Source of the DNA: Girardia tigrina
Lineage: Eukaryota
NCBI GenBank assembly: GCA_001938485.1
Contig: MQRK01246925.1
Coordinates: 1 to 51,964, forward strand
Length of the DNA stretch: 51,964 nt
Direction of reading: 5' to 3'
A program made the translations under genes and the position numbers. Shown here in pieces: positions 51,156 through 51,964 of this stretch (positions are counted from its first letter, which is position 1; every line of letters begins with the position of its first letter). The notes below the pieces were generated by a model. It was not told the DNA's origin. It saw only the letters and a program-made list of their open reading frames with translations, and searched no databases.

Positions 51156-51248
51156 TGTGAGGAATATTTTAATTTGTTTGAATGTGTAAATGTATGGATG
51201 CTGTATGTTGATTTGAGTATGTTGAACTTAGAATGGTGATTCTTCCAC
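51156..51248 (+). repeat. Dispersed TGTGAGG repeat copy
   Basis: tgtgaggaatattttaatttgtttgaatgtgtaaatg...gaatggtgattcttccac; inverse of 29085-29178. Confidence 0.8.
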
Positions 51249-51901
51249 GCTTAACTGTGTTTAGGATTTTTAAATTTGTCCATGATGGACAGTAATAAGA
51301 ACTTAAATAATTTAATTAGATTTTATTTCCCCATTGCTTTTTTATTATAGTTCTGAGATAAATAAATAGTAACAGAAATTTTTTGAGTAAAAATAACTGT
51401 TCATTGTGTTTGTAACATCATATTGCGTCTTCGATTTTTGGTAAGAATTTTGTGTCGTTGGTAAATCGATCTTTCTTTTCTATTTCCTTTCCCACCTAGA
51501 GTTTAAATCTAACTAATACGAAAATGTTAGATTCAAATTATTATTTTGCTTGTTCAATAGTATTATATTTATATAATTATTTTGTACTGTTCTTGCACTC
51601 CATCCCAAAAATTATTTGAATCTATTATTTATGCCTTTCGACATTTCAAGCTAATTTATAAAATTTTAAAAGGATCCTCAAATATTTTCAGTTATTGGAG
51701 AAGTGCTGTATATTATTTATTTTAAAGAGATTCTTTTTATTATTTTAGGCAATAATCTGTACCAGGGTTATCTTATATCTTTTTTACCCTTTACATTGTC
51801 TTTTTAAACTCACAATACTAATCAGTTGTTCTCAAAATACATCATATTAATATTTTCATTTCCTTAAGGGTCAATTAGAAGGGTAATAACATTCAAAAAC
51901 G

Positions 51902-51902
<1 letters not shown>

Positions 51903-51964
<62 letters not shown>
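51903..51964. repeat. Compound (AT)n(GT)n microsatellite
   Basis: Directly visible at the window end. Confidence 0.95.

Overview
This is a very AT-rich eukaryotic draft-assembly window with seven N-gaps; its composition and transposon content suggest a planarian flatworm (inference). One intact host gene is readable: LRP2BP (Sel1-like repeat protein) on the minus strand. Six coding exons with GT-AG junctions and consistent phases run from 41128 down to 292, and the last exon lies left of the window. Its introns hold mariner, Tc1, pogo-type, piggyBac-type and MULE remnants and MITEs, Penelope-like element (PLE) fragments, a BTB-protein pseudogene, a DPM1-derived chimeric ORF and a frameshifted duplicate of its own exon 2. 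Upstream (42.5-48.9 kb) is a nest of LTR retrotransposons. Four observations stand out. (1) A Gag-like ORF behind its own LTR end and primer-binding site, reconstructed across a spurious gap, carries a coiled coil, a CWYH-type zinc motif and about seven tandem TQT/IQT dynein-light-chain (LC8)-type motifs. (2) There are several minimal PLE-type hammerhead ribozymes, including an outward-facing pair in the inverted arms of a ~1 kb non-coding element. (3) An eight-copy dispersed repeat has a fixed TGTGAGGAATA terminus, and one copy is followed by a complete hammerhead. (4) An LTR element has DIRS-like RT/RNase H motifs but a DDE integrase. All homology calls come from motif recognition by eye; no searches were run.
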